DNA of 64,000 nt from Octopus sinensis (taxonomy: Eukaryota). Positions 51,534 through 63,800 of the stretch are shown piece after piece. Under the pieces are notes generated by a model. The model was not told the DNA's origin. It worked only from the letters and a program-made list of their open reading frames with translations, and searched no databases. The translations under genes were made by a program, and so were the position numbers. The stretch is from positions 25,544,001 to 25,608,000 of the forward strand of contig NC_043006.1 in NCBI RefSeq assembly GCF_006345805.1, read 5' to 3'. Within the stretch, counting starts at the first letter, position 1. Each line of letters begins with the position of its first letter.

Positions 51534-51989
51534 GATATTAACGGTTATCAACAAGCTAAAATGGCAGTCTATAAATATAGGACGAAAGCTACCATTGATT
51601 AGCTCCAAGAGCCCTTTGCCTTTAGCTAGCTATATGACACACAAACCTGTATCCATTATAATCGTTGAACTGGGGAGGTCTATTTTTGAAAACCAGTAAA
51701 TGTATTCCACTGAAATTAAGTAAATAATCCTTTAAACAGACGGTCAGCAGCGACGCCTGCTGGGTTTGGCTACTCTGCATTGATAAAGGGCAAATACCCT
51801 GAAACATGTCTGCAGATGCCTAACCAGCAAGGGGAAGCGGCTGATCTCCCCTGTTCGGAGGTTATAATGGACACCGGTTCGTGTGTCATTTAGCTAGCTA
51901 GAGGTGATGGCCTCTTGGAGCTAATCAACGGCAGCTTTCATCCTATATTTATGGACTGCCATATTAGCTTGGCGATAACTGTTAATATC
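51534..51989. mobile_element. 456-bp element with 128-bp terminal inverted repeats
   Basis: 51534-51661 is an imperfect reverse complement of 51862-51989. Confidence 0.85.
51775..51815 (+). ncRNA. Minimal hammerhead-like motif with a mutated core
   Basis: Stem I CTGCA/TGCAG, core TTGATAA (two changes from CTGATGA), stem II AGGG/CCCT, GAAAC, palindromic ACATGT stem III, GTC triplet. Confidence 0.6.
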
Positions 51990-52299
51990 TGTCTGTCTGT
52001 CTGTCTATCTATATATATATAAACATAAATACTTTATTATAGATATATGTGCGTGTTTGTGTGTGTGAGACACTGATAGATTGATAGGTACTGCCCTGGT
52101 GTCGAAACCATAGTGATATCCATGGAGCAGCTGATGATTGAGGTATGTTGGATTGTTGGTATGGCTGTTATTGTATGTGCAGAATAGTTTTATAAGACAC
52201 ATAAATCAATAATCAAAATCAAATTCGATGACTGGCGTCTGTGCTAGCAGGGTGCAAAGAGCACTGTACAAGTGTGACCTGCAATGAAGAGGGAACCAG

Positions 52300-54722
52300 G
52301 TTGCTGGAGTGCTGTGATGCAAATGTAATACTAACTTCAGGAAACTTGCCACTCACCTGTTCACTTACCAGTCTGGTGAGCACATTAGTCAGATTGATTA
52401 CATTCTCACCAGGAAATGAGAAAGATGGATACTTATAAATGTCAAAACTTTCCTTGGTGAAGAATGCACCCTACAACATAGGTTAGTAGTTAGTGACTTC
52501 AGGATTAGGGCTAAACGGATGCCCAGAAGGTGACCAGCATGGAAAAGAAGGTTCTGGAAGCTTAAGGATCCTCTGAATGGACAGAGATTTAGAGATGTAT
52601 TACTTGATGCTTTTGATGAAATAGAGGAGGATAAATGGAGGTTCATACAGAACAACCTGTTGAGGGTTACTGATCAGATCTGGCTGGTGCATAGTCCCCT
52701 CTTGACCTAAGGTGACATGGTGGTGGAACAATGTAGTTGACAGGCCCAGTAGGCGCAAGGAACAGGACTGGAAGTGTGGTGCTAGTAGGGAACTGTATCA
52801 AATAGCCAGAAAGGAAGTTAGGAGACAAGTTTACTTAGCCAGAGGTGAAGCAGAAAAGAGATTTGAGGAACAGAGATGTGAAGTGTTTCGAATTGCACGA
52901 CAGTGTGTGAGAGAGAATTGTGATGTTATAGGAGAGAAATGTGTTCACATGGCTGATGGCTTACTTGCATTTAATGATACTGCAAAGAAAGAGACTTGGA
53001 AACGCCAGTATGAAAGGTTGCTAAATCAAGAAAATGAATGGAAAAAAGAGAATCTCCCAAATATTAACCTCCCAAATATTAACCCAACCAGCTATCTGAA
53101 TTGACAGTACCTTGGTAGACAGGAAAAGCTTCCAGCCCATCAGGAATTGTTCATCATGAATCACTCCTGAGACACTTAAAATATTTGGCTGTGGTCTAGT
53201 CATCCACATAGATAACCAGGTGATACACACAGGAGTCATACACAATGACTGGTGTAGCAGCACCATAGTCAACTGCTAGAAAGGTAAAGGTGACACCTTA
53301 GACAGAAATAATTACAGAGGTATCAAGTTGCCGGATCAGGTGATGAAAGTCATGGAGAGGGTCATAGCCCAACTTAGTAGCGAGAGAGTTAGTTTAGATG
53401 AGAAGCAGTTTGGGTTTGTGCCAGGGAGAAGCACCACTGATGCTATATTTCTAGTAAGGCAGCTGCAAGAGAAATACACAGCCAAAGATAAACCCCTACA
53501 CTTGGCTTTTGTTGACTTGGAGAAAGCCTTTCACAGGTCCCCTAATCCCTTATCTGGTGGTCAATGTATTAACTAGGGATAGGCAAGTGGTTGGTGAGAG
53601 CTGTACAAGCCATGTACAGGGATGCTACCAGTACAGTGAGGGTTGGCAATTAGTACAGTTAAGAATTCTGGGTACAAGTAGGGCTTCACCAAGGATCAGT
53701 CCTCAACCCCCTCCGGTTTATCATAGTCCTCCAGGCAATAACAAGAATTTAAAACAGGCTGCCTGTGGGAGCTCCTCTATGCTGACAACCTTGTTCTTAT
53801 AGCTGAGTCACTACCAGAGCTAGAGAAGTTTTAGGTATGGAAGCAAAGTCTAGAATTGAAGGACCTTAGAGTTATCCTAGCAAAAGCAAAAGTCTTTATT
53901 AGTTAGAAGGTGGACAATTCACAAATTCTTTCAGGTAGATGGCCCTGCTCAATCTGTGGAAAAGGTGTGGTTAGAAACTCCATAAGATGTACCTGGTGTA
54001 AGCTTTGGACATGTAAGAGGTGCAGCAATCAGAGGAAGGTTAACAGGGAAGTTAGTTTTTGTGTGTGGAAGGTGTACACTTACAGTAAACACCAAAAATG
54101 TACAGAAAATAGATTCCATCACATGCTAGGCGGTAAAACTAAAAGCAGTTCATAGCTTCTGTTATCTAGGTGACCAAGTCAGTAGTGGGGGTGGATGCTC
54201 TGAGAACATAGCTGTTAGAATAGGAATAGGCTGGGCAAAGTTCAGAGAGCTCCTACCTCTGCTGGTAATAAAGGGCCTCTCACTCAGAGTGAAAGGCAGA
54301 CTATGAAGCCTGTGTGTGAGCAGCCATCTTACATGGTAGTGAAACATGGGCTGTAACTGTTGAGGACATGCATAGGCTTGTAAGAAATGAAGCTTGTATG
54401 CCCTACTGGATGTATAATGTCAGTGTGCATGCATGACAAAGTTTAAGTTGGACATAAGAAGCATCAGATGTGGTGTGCAATAGAGGTGACTGCGCTGGTA
54501 TGGTCATGTGATGCGTATGGGTGAATACAGCTGTGTGAAGAAGTGTTGCATACTAACAGTGGAGGGAACCTGTGGAAGAGGTAGACCCAGGAAGACATGG
54601 TGAAGCACAATCTTTGAACATTGGGCCTCACAGAGGCAATGATGAGAGACCAAGACCTTTGCAGATATGCCGTGCTTGAGAAGACGCATTAAGCCAAGTG
54701 AGATTGTAGTTGTGGCTGATGC
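52300..54722 (+). mobile_element. RTE-clade LINE (APE end, RT, Cys-rich insert, 3' end), decayed
   Basis: SQIDYILTRK, NYRGIKL, QFGFVPGRSTTDAIFLVRQLQEKY, FVDLEKAF, HQGSVL, LLYADNLV, CSICGKGV..NSIRC..CKLW, LRWYGHVMRM, GRGRPRKTW. Confidence 0.92.
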
Positions 54723-55455
54723 ACCCCCACGTACCCCACCATTTACTTCCTTCCCCAAATCCACCAGCTCAACAACCCTGGCTGCCCTATTGTCTCTGCC
54801 TGTAACTGCCCCACAGAATTGAACTCAAAATACTTCGACCATGTCCTTGCTCTCCTAGTGGCTTCCCTCCACTCTCTATGACACTAACCATGTTCTCTGT
54901 TTCTTCAACTCTTTCTCCTTTCCTCCTGATCCCTCTAAACTTCTCTTCACTCTTTATATTGAGAGTCTATGTATGGTGATCCCATGCAATGAAGGACTTC
55001 TTGCACTCAAACACTTTCTACATTTTCGACCCAATCCCAACCTGACATCTTCAAACTTCTTCATTTGGCCAAACTTGTTCTCTCCCTCAATAGATCTTGG
55101 GAGTGGCCATGGGAATGAGAATGGACCCCAACTGTGCGGACCTTTTTGTTGGCTACATTGAGGCTCAAATATTCTCATGATTCACTGGTCCCACTCCCAA
55201 ATTATATAGTCGTTATATTGATGACTGTATTAGTGTGACTTCACTCTCCTGCGAACAATTAGACTCCTTCCCCTCTTTTGTTCAATTCTTCCATCCTGCC
55301 CTCAAATTCTCCTACACTATTTGCAACACTTCTGTCACATTTCTTGACATTTCAGTCAGCATACACCACTCCACTCTCACTACCTCCATCCACTACAAAC
55401 ACACCAATTCACACTCATACCTTAACTTCTTTTCTTCCCACTCTACCCACACCAA
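54722..55455 (+). mobile_element. Penelope-like element RT fragment
   Basis: FLPQIHQLNNPGCPIVSACNCPTE, GVAMGMRMDPNCADLFVGYIE, YSRYIDDC, HPALKFSY..FLDISV..HYKHTNSHSYL. Confidence 0.85.
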
Positions 55456-56378
55456 GCTCTCCAGGCTCCAGTCTGATCTGGCAGTGTTTCTACAGCTGGA
55501 TGCCCTTCCTAACGCCAACCACTCCATGAGTGTAGTGGATGCTTTTTACGTGCCACCTGCACAGGTGCCAGGCGAGGCTGGCAACGGCCACGATTGGATT
55601 GGTGCTTTTTACGTGCCACCGGCACGGAAGCCAGTCAAGGCAGCGCTGGCATCGGCCACGATTCGGATGGTGCTTTTTACGTGCCACCATAGAGAGGAAG
55701 AATAATTGCATTCTTCTAGTTCTTAGGCATTGCACCATCCCTTCAGACTATACTAATAAGTTTATGAAGAGACTGTAAATTGTGAGACCTCGGCACAAAT
55801 TCCATCCCTTCCAGGTACTCTACCAAAATTCAATTTACTTATTGCTGTCATTACCTTATTGAGGGCATGGAATTTAAGGAGCCAATGAAGTACAGATGTT
55901 CTGATAAAGTGCATCCAGTACATTTTGTTAAATAGTGGATGAATGGAGATATAAGGTTGAGAGGACCCTTGGGGATGTCTTGGCAGTATGACAACTTCTA
56001 CAGTGCTTGCCCCATGGAAAAATGCACTTAGTACACTCTGTAAGGTGGTTAATATTAGGAAGGGCATCCAGCCATAGAAATTATACCAAAGTTGAAACAG
56101 ACAAGTGAGGTGTGGTCTTCAGAGCAGGTAGGCTGAGGAGGAGAGTAATCTCAAACAACTAACACTAACCATGATGACCTGCGATCCATGCTGACATGGA
56201 AAGTAGACATAAAATGGTTATGACATTTGTATGTAAATGGATGTGTATGAATGCTTGGTGTGTTTATCTAAAAGAAAAACTGAGAGATTAGCTTACTTTG
56301 TTCACTGACAATCTTTGATAATGCTTTGATATTTCTTATGAAAACTGACCCTGATCTACTTTATTTTTCTATTTGCAG

Positions 56379-56485
56379 GTTCTTCTACAACATACCCCTT
56401 AATTTCTATTCATTTTGCTGTTGTTCTGTCATAGTTCTTTTCATCCTTGATCTTTTAATAAATAAAATTTGGAAGAAAATAACAT
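56379..56485 (+). CDS. RETREG: RETREG/FAM134 exon 2 (107 nt; reticulon-homology hydrophobic segment)
   Basis: ttgcag acceptor and gtaagt donor. (W)FFYNIPLNFYSFCCCSVIVLFILDLLINKIWKKIT, compare human DQWKNKIWPEIK. Phase is compatible with exon 1. Confidence 0.88.
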
Positions 56486-57594
56486 GTAAGTGCTTTTTAA
56501 TTTCTACATAATTTTTATTTACTTTGTATTTTTCTGTCTGATTTTTGTCATCTCCTTTTCCCCTTACTCTTTCTACCTTTTCTTCCCAACTCCACCACAC
56601 ACTTTTTGAAATCTCATATAAGTGTCTCTTTGAATAAATAAATATAAAATATAGGGAATCAAGTAGAGCAGTAACTCCAATGAAGATGGGCATGGTTTCT
56701 GATAACTCATTCAATCTATTGCAGCGTGGAAGGTGTTTGTAAGCCATTTAAGAAACACACAAAAGCCGTTCGATTCACTTCAACATTTAAGTTTAATTTG
56801 TCAAAATATTTTCGTCACTTTAAGACCGCAAACTGTTCAGCACACGATCTGAGATCAAATCACTTGCTATGCAAGTACATCGCCGTCATTCAATCTATGT
56901 TAGCATGGAAAGTGGATGTAAACTGATGATAATGATGACTATGAGCTAAGTTTATTTATACTTAAAAAAAAAAGAAGACCTTCCCCAAAAATAGTATGCA
57001 AAAGAGAAGGCTGCATTGGTATGGAACTAGGAGACTGAAGAACACTTTGGAGAAAGCGGGGAATGCTAACTTGACAGTGCTGCATCTTTCAGGGGAATTG
57101 ACAAAACACTATAGTGATTGGAGATATGGTACTGTAGAAAACCTGACCATCTATGATGAAATGTGTTGAAATGACAGTTGTTATAGAGGCTGGGGTTTGT
57201 GTATGTATTTATGTATTTACAGAAAAAGTGGCACACAGCAGAATAGATGGTGTTGGTTGTATTTACTATCCATTGTATTCTGATTTCAAAAGCCACCTTG
57301 CTTGACTTTGATTTTTTTATAAAATCTGGGTTGATAGAATATATGCCTTAATCAAAACTGGGATAAAATACATACCAAGTGAGCATGGGACTTGGTAAAA
57401 TGCATATCACTCAAGTACTGGGACTGATAAAATATTCAACCAGTCAAGTTCTGTGGTTGATAAAATATCTACTAGTTTTCACCTTCACCAACGTACTATT
57501 CTATCACAAAGAATTTTCTCAGAGAAGTCTAATATTTAATTCCTACCAGCAAAATGAACTGAAGGAATTTGTAATTAAACATCTGATCTAGAAA

Positions 57595-59370
57595 TATGAC
57601 TCTGTATGGCATTTTTATTGGTTTCACTATAAAACCCTCATTACCAACAGTTTCTGTAGTACCTTGTTCCTCACCATAATGCCCTCAAACTAAAATTTTC
57701 TGGAGTATCTTATCCTCTTAGCCATGTTGTCTGTATGGCATTCTCGTAGGTTTCAATATAATGCCCTCACCACTAATAGTTTCTGTGGTACTTTATCATC
57801 TTGGCCATGTTGTCTGCATAGCATTCGTTTTGGTTTCACTATAATGCCCACATCACCAACAGTTTCTGTAGTGTATTCTCTTCTTAGACATGTCGTCTGT
57901 ATTGCTTTTTGGTTGGTTGCACTGTGATGAGTTTTTTGTAGTATCTTATCTCCTTAGCCATGCTGTTTGTATGGCATTCTTGTTTGTTTCACTATTATAC
58001 CGTCACCACCACCATTTTCTGTAGTATCTTATCATCTTAGCCATGCTGTTGCTATGGATTTCTTGTTCGTTTCCCTGTAGTACCATTACCAGCAATGCTT
58101 TCTGTAGTATCCCCTTAGCCATGCTGTGTGTATGGCGTCCACATTGGTTTCACCATAAGGACCTCACCTGCCACAGTTTCTGTAGTATATTCCCCTCTTA
58201 GACATGTTGTCTGTATGGCTTTTTCATCTACAATGCCCTTATCATTAAGTGTCCGTAGTATCTTACCGTCTTAGCCATGCTGTCTGTATGGCATCCACAT
58301 TGGTTTCAGTACAATGACCCTATCACCAACAGCTTTTGCAGTACCTTTTCCTCTTAGGCATGTTGTGTGCGTTGCATTCTTGATGGTTCAACTATAACGC
58401 CCTCATCATGAATAGTTCCTATTTTATCTCATCCTTTAAGCCATGTTGTCTATAGCATTCTCATTGGATTCACCATAATGCCCTCACTAGCAACAGTTTC
58501 TGTAGTACGTTATCCTCTTAGTCACGTTGTCTGTATGGCATTCTTATCGGTTTCACACTGATGCTGTGGTTTCACTATGATGCCCACAGTACCAATAGCT
58601 TCTGTAGTATCTTATCATCTGAGCCATGCTCTCTGTATGGCATTCGCATTGGTTTTACTATAATGCCCCCACAACCAGCAGTTTCTGTAATATCTTTTCC
58701 TTTTAGCCATGTTGTCTGTATGGCATTCACATTAGTTACACTGGAATACCCAGACCACCAACACTTTCTGTACTATCTTCGCCTTGTAGCCATCTTCTGT
58801 GTATGGCATTTTTGGTGGTTTCACTATTAAGTCCCCATCACCAATAGTTTCTGTAGTACCTTGTTCATCACTATGATACCGATTTCTTTATTACCCACAA
58901 GGAGCTAAACACAGAGGGGACAAACAAGGACAGACATAGGTATTAAGTCGATTCCATCGACTCCAGTGCGTAACTGGTACTTAGTTTATCGACCCCGAAA
59001 GGATGAAAGGCAATGTCGACCTCGGCGGAAATTGAACTCACAACGTAACGCAGACGAAATACCGCTAAGCATTTTGCCCGGCGTGCTAACGTTTCTGCCA
59101 CCTTGCCGCCTTGTTCACTATGATACCCTCATCACAACCAGTTTATCCTCGTGGCCATGTTGTGTATATGGCATTCTTGTTTGTTTTGGCTATAATGCCC
59201 TCATCACCTGTAGTGTCTCTAGCATCTTATCATCTATCTGAGCCATGTTTCTGTATGGCATTCGTGTGTTGCTTTCACTATAACACTCTCACCACCAGCA
59301 GTTTCTATAGTATCTTATGCTGCTAGTCTTGTTTGTATGGCATTCTTGTACGTTTCACTATAATGCCCTT
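57595..59370. repeat. Degenerate ~83-bp tandem array (~19 units) interrupted by a SINE
   Basis: GCCATG(T/C)TGTCTGTATGGCATT... recurs at 57721, 57804, 57887, 57957, 58040, 58118, 58201, 58274, 58357, 58440, 58623, 58706, 58789, 59154 and 59242. Confidence 0.9.
58881..59112 (-). mobile_element. SINE family C with 12-bp TSD
   Basis: CACTATGATACC at 58869-58880 and 59116-59127. Confidence 0.9.
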
Positions 59371-59466
59371 TTAAAGAACTTAATTATATAACATAGAAAC
59401 TGACTATTGCACTGTTACGTAGCGGTACATTAAGGTCTCCTTCCTAAGCTAGTGATTATAGTAGGC

Positions 59467-59873
59467 TCTCTTTTCTCTTTTTTACTTGTTTCAGTCATTT
59501 GACTGCGGCCATGCTGGAGCACCGCCTTTAGTTTAGCAACTCGACCCCGGGACTTATTCTTTTTGTAAGCCCAGTACTTATTCTATCGGTCTCTTTTTCC
59601 GAACCGCTAAGTGGCAGGGACGTAAACACACCAGCATCGGTTGTCAAGCAATGCTAGGGGAACAAACACAGACACACAAACACACACACATACATATATA
59701 TACATATATACGACAAGCTTCTTTCGGTTTCCATCTACCAAATCAACTCACAAGGCATTGGTCGGCCCGGGGCTATAGCAGAAGACACTTGCCCAAAATG
59801 CCACGCAGTGGGACTGAACCCGGAACCATGTGGTTGGTTAGCAAGCTACTTACCACACAGCCACTCCTGCGCT
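59467..59873 (-). mobile_element. SINE family A
   Basis: Full-length reverse-complement copy. Confidence 0.9.
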
Positions 59874-60281
59874 GAAGACAACTTATTAAAATATTTGGTC
59901 CTTGGGATGGGAATGTTAATAACTTTGTGAAGGTTGCATGGGCTAATTTTTGGTGTGTTGGGGGCCATGATCATAAGGTTGTGCATTGAATTCCTGGACT
60001 GCATGTTGTTTCCTTGAGCAAGGCATTTCAGTCTTTTCAGCTGAAAATGAATACCTGCAGCAATATCTAGGGTTATCTTTGTGATGAACTGGTATCTTCT
60101 ACAGGGATGCATTCAAAGATAGGGGAGCGACTGCCTGATGTTTCATTTTTACAATAGAAAGGCTATTGTGATATCCTGAGTTGCCTGTTGCCTTAATTGA
60201 CATACACATAATTGACAGCTGGACAATAAATTGACTATCAGTACAATATGGTTGAGAAAGCGTGAATAGCAAACAAAAAAC

Positions 60282-60692
60282 GTATCTTTTCGGTTTGAAC
60301 GGCAGTTTTTAACATAAATTCTAGGTAACTAAAAAATTTTAAACTTCGTATACTGGTAGAATGTGTTTATAAAACATCTTTTTCTCTTGGCTTTATTGAG
60401 AAAATTCTAGAGTTTGTAAGATATTTGTTGATTTTTTTCTTCAATTTCTGCAATTTCAACCAATCACTGACCTCTATTGAGGTAAAAAACATTCTGTGCC
60501 GTATGAATATGTCCCTCGTTTAAGAAACAGATTGGGTTTATTTACATTTGTGAAGAAAAAAAGATACCCTTCCTCCCACCCCTAACCCTAACCCAGATTG
60601 AAATGCAGTAGATCGATACTAGGGTCATAATTATGGGTGACAATTTCATATGACACCGCTAGAAAAAACTGCCGTTCAAACCAAAAAGATCC
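60282..60692. mobile_element. Second copy of the 8-bp-TSD MITE, in the opposite internal orientation
   Basis: Same TIRs; TSD CAAAAAAC at 60274 and 60693. Confidence 0.9.
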
Positions 60693-60989
60693 CAAAAAAC
60701 TAGAGACCAGAGAAACTCGTGGTGGGCTATGTGAGCAAAATTCAAGCCTCTAACCTTCTTCCCAACTGCACAGTTGCTACCACTACCATTAATGCCATTC
60801 AAATTGATCATCCCTGTCTGATGTTTGTTCCCATACACACATGGGTGGCACTGATTAGTAAGCTGACCTCCTCATTTCCACATTTGTTTTAACAATTTTT
60901 TTTCTCTACTTCATTTAGTTATTTAGTTAGTTTATCATCACATGTTTTGTTTCATATTGAATTTTCTTATCTGTTGTTTTTACTTCCAG

Positions 60990-61050
60990 CCGTCTTCCTT
61001 AGAATCAGAACCAGATTTTGTAATAGATTTAAAATCAAAGTTCCGGAGAG
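60990..61050 (+). CDS. RETREG: Probable RETREG exon 3 (61 nt)
   Basis: Long pyrimidine tract ending in cttccag, and a gag ag|gtaagc donor. The frame continuing from exon 2 is open, (S)VFLRIRTRFCNRFKIKVPE(S/R), and ends GAG AG| like the vertebrate E-S junction. Confidence 0.55.
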
Positions 61051-61350
61051 GTAAGCTTTCCTATCACCAACTCTGTTGTTTGCAAGCATAGTCTAGATAA
61101 GATTATTTTTTAAATAAAGTTGTGTGTGTGGTTACTGTTGTTACTTAGTTGTATATCTGTTCTCAAATAGTTGACCAGTGATTAAAGGTGATTCAGCTGT
61201 AACCATTTACTTTTTTAACTTGGTACAGACGTCTTATAATCTGGGATGTCTTTCTTAAAACAGTAGGAAGTGATTTGAGGGAAATTCAGTTGGTATTTTT
61301 AGAAGATTGAGTGAGTTTTAATGCTCTCTGGTTGGCTTGGGTGTGCAAAC

Positions 61351-61720
61351 CTGTGCCGGTGGCACATAAAAAGCACCATCCGAACGTAGCCGATGCCAGT
61401 GCCGCCTCGACTGGCTTCTGTACCGGTGGCACGTAAAAAGCACCATCCGAACGTGGCCAATGCCAGCGCTGCCTCGACTGGCTTCTGTGCTAGTGGCATG
61501 TAAAAAGCACCATCTGAACGTGGCCGATGCTAGCACCACCTCGACTGGCTTCTGTGCCGGTGGCACATAAAAAGCACCATCCGAACGTGGCCGAATCCAG
61601 CACCGCCTTGACTGGCTTCTGTGCCGGTGGCACGTAAAAAGCACCATCCGAACATGGCCGATGCCAACACCGCCTTGACTGGCTTCCGTGCCGGTGGCAC
61701 GTTAAAAGCACCAACCGATC
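61351..61720 (+). repeat. 67-bp minisatellite (5 full units and a partial one) inside an RTE 3'-UTR copy
   Basis: Units start at 61351, 61418, 61485, 61552, 61619 and 61686. Confidence 0.95.
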
Positions 61721-62989
61721 GTGGCCGCTGTTAGACTCCCCTGGCACGTAAAAAGCACCCACTACATTTGCGGAGTGGTTGGCGTTAGGAAGCGCATCCA
61801 GCTGTAGAAACACTGCCAGATCAGACTGGAGCCCGGTGCAGCCCATGGCTTCCCAGACCCCAGTCGAACCGTCCAACTTGTGCTAGCGCGGAAAACGGAC
61901 GTTAAACGATGATGATGATATATATATATATACACACACACACACATGGAGCTGCGGTGGCACCACTGCTTTAATTTTTTTATGCTTGTCTGAGAGAGTT
62001 TATTGAACCAGATTTTCTATGGTTTGTTGCCTTCCCTGTTTCCAGCTTTCACCTGTTTCCAAGCAAGATATTATTTCTGCATGTCCAGACATGTTTCCCC
62101 AGAATATTGGAAATGAATGACACTTCTGTGTGACAGTGACACTTATTTACATGTATCATGTGATGTCAAGATAAGGCAATACGCATCACATGCATATTCT
62201 TACATATATACCTACATATATGACAGTCTTCTTCCAGTTTCTGTCAACCTAATCCACTCATGAGGCTTTGGTCCACCTGGGGCTATAGTAGAAGACACTT
62301 ACCTAGGGTGCCATGCAGTGGATCTGAACCTGAAACTATGTGGTTGGAAACAGTTTGTTTTGCAAATATATGGCCTTAGGTTCAATCCCACTACATGGAA
62401 CCTTCTGTTATTGCTTTGTGCTGACCATTGCTTTGTGAATGAAATTGTTTGATTGAAACTCTGAAAGCCTGTTATGTATGCCTTTGTGTGTGTATCTGGT
62501 AAGTTTTTGTCTCTGCTTCTTGCATGAGATCATTTGAGTGAAAAGTGATGTATTTATTTACGTTCCCTGTGAACATTACATCCCATACCTCTGTTGTCTT
62601 AGAATAGAAGAATAAAATCTCCCTTGAAAGAAGGAAAGAGTTGGTAAAAAGAAGGGTATCTGACTGTAAAAATGCTTCCTCAAATAAGTTTGTGTTTAAC
62701 CTATGCCAGCAAAAACAAACGAATGAATGTAAAAATATATATATATTTATATAGGTGTGTGTGTGTGTGTATGTGCGTGTGTATATATGTATTTCTATAA
62801 TATAAATTGGACATGGGCGATCATTGTATTCTTTCTTGTCTTGAGGTTTGTTATCGCTTTTCAAATTATGAATTTTAGATGAATTTCTGAGTTAGACATT
62901 TTGATTGCTAGTGGGGATAATTGGTAACCAAGGTATTTTACAGTAGGTAAATCTCTAAATTTTCAATATGGGTTTCTAATTTAATTACG

Positions 62990-63335
62990 TCTTATATTTT
63001 TTGATAAATGACACCTCTTTGTTTAGTCATATTTGTGTTGAGATCCAAATAGCAAATTGATATAATGGGAAGATTAGGAATTGTGGTTGCAGTTGTTCTG
63101 CACATCTGTCAATGTGTTCATTGAGATATATCTGGCGATATTGCGAGGAGGATATCTGTTGTCTGTGGAGCATACATCTCCGTCTAATTGACAATCCTGT
63201 CGACCCTATGGCAGCCCGAGCATCTGATAACATAAATGAGGTTTTCTGAGGTGTAAGTGAAGTTGGATTTAACTTTGAATTTTCGCCCTTGTCTAAAATG
63301 GAATTTTGATCCTTCCAAAAGATTGAGGAAGAACA
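62990..63335 (-). mobile_element. Penelope-like GIY-YIG endonuclease fragment
   Basis: FKVKSNFTYTSENLIYVIRCSGC...TGLSIRRRCMLHRQQI...LNEHIDRC. Confidence 0.7.
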
Positions 63336-63339
63336 ACAC

Positions 63340-63800
63340 TTTTTTTGTCCTTTCAAGCCTCCTGATTTTCACTGAATTGATCAGGAGGTGTCTTGGAGTT
63401 TGTGCAAAGGATTTCAGGACTAAATCACAGTGAGCAGCATTTCTTACAGTCTTGGCATCAACTTTCATGTTAATTGTCAGCTTCATCATAGATGTGACTG
63501 GGTCCTTTGAAATTCTAGATTTGCGGGCCTTCAGGAATGCTAGATCTTGCTTTTTATTGGTTCTACAGTACTTTGCTTTCTTTGAATGCCTCTGGTGTTG
63601 TTCAAATGATTCTTGACATTGTAAACTGTGTTTAATGGTACATTAATCAACTCAGAAATTCACTTGATGTTAATTCTTGCACAGAGCAAATCAACAAATG
63701 TGTTCTCTTTTTGCTTCTTGAGCTGACATAGTTGAACTTATACCTGAAAAAGCAAATGAAATTGTTACTATGAGACCTAATGCTGAAGATAAGGTAAAAA
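63340..63800 (-). mobile_element. maT/Tc1 transposase N-terminal fragment
   Basis: ATG at 63729: MSAQEAKREHI..LLCARINI..ISELINVPLNTVYNVKNHL; then VDAKTVRNAAHCDLVLKSFAQTPRHLL. Confidence 0.75.

Noticed and set aside
56726-57130. Candidate small RETREG exons after cag at 56725 and 57092
   Set aside because: No family similarity, and the phases or downstream stops are incompatible.
60575-60595. Telomere or interstitial telomeric site (CCCTAACCCTAACCC; also ~37990)
   Set aside because: Only 2-3 hexamers, located inside a MITE.
57595-61720. CRISPR-like arrays (83-bp and 67-bp repeats)
   Set aside because: There are no unique spacers or cas genes, and the context is eukaryotic and intronic.
63723-63793. 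Apparent exon (open frame ADIVELIPEKANEIVTMRPNAEDK, AAG|GTAAAA donor) as RETREG exon 4
   Set aside because: It gives a stop when joined to the 60990 exon in the conserved frame, and it is the antisense of the 5' region and start codon of a maT transposase.
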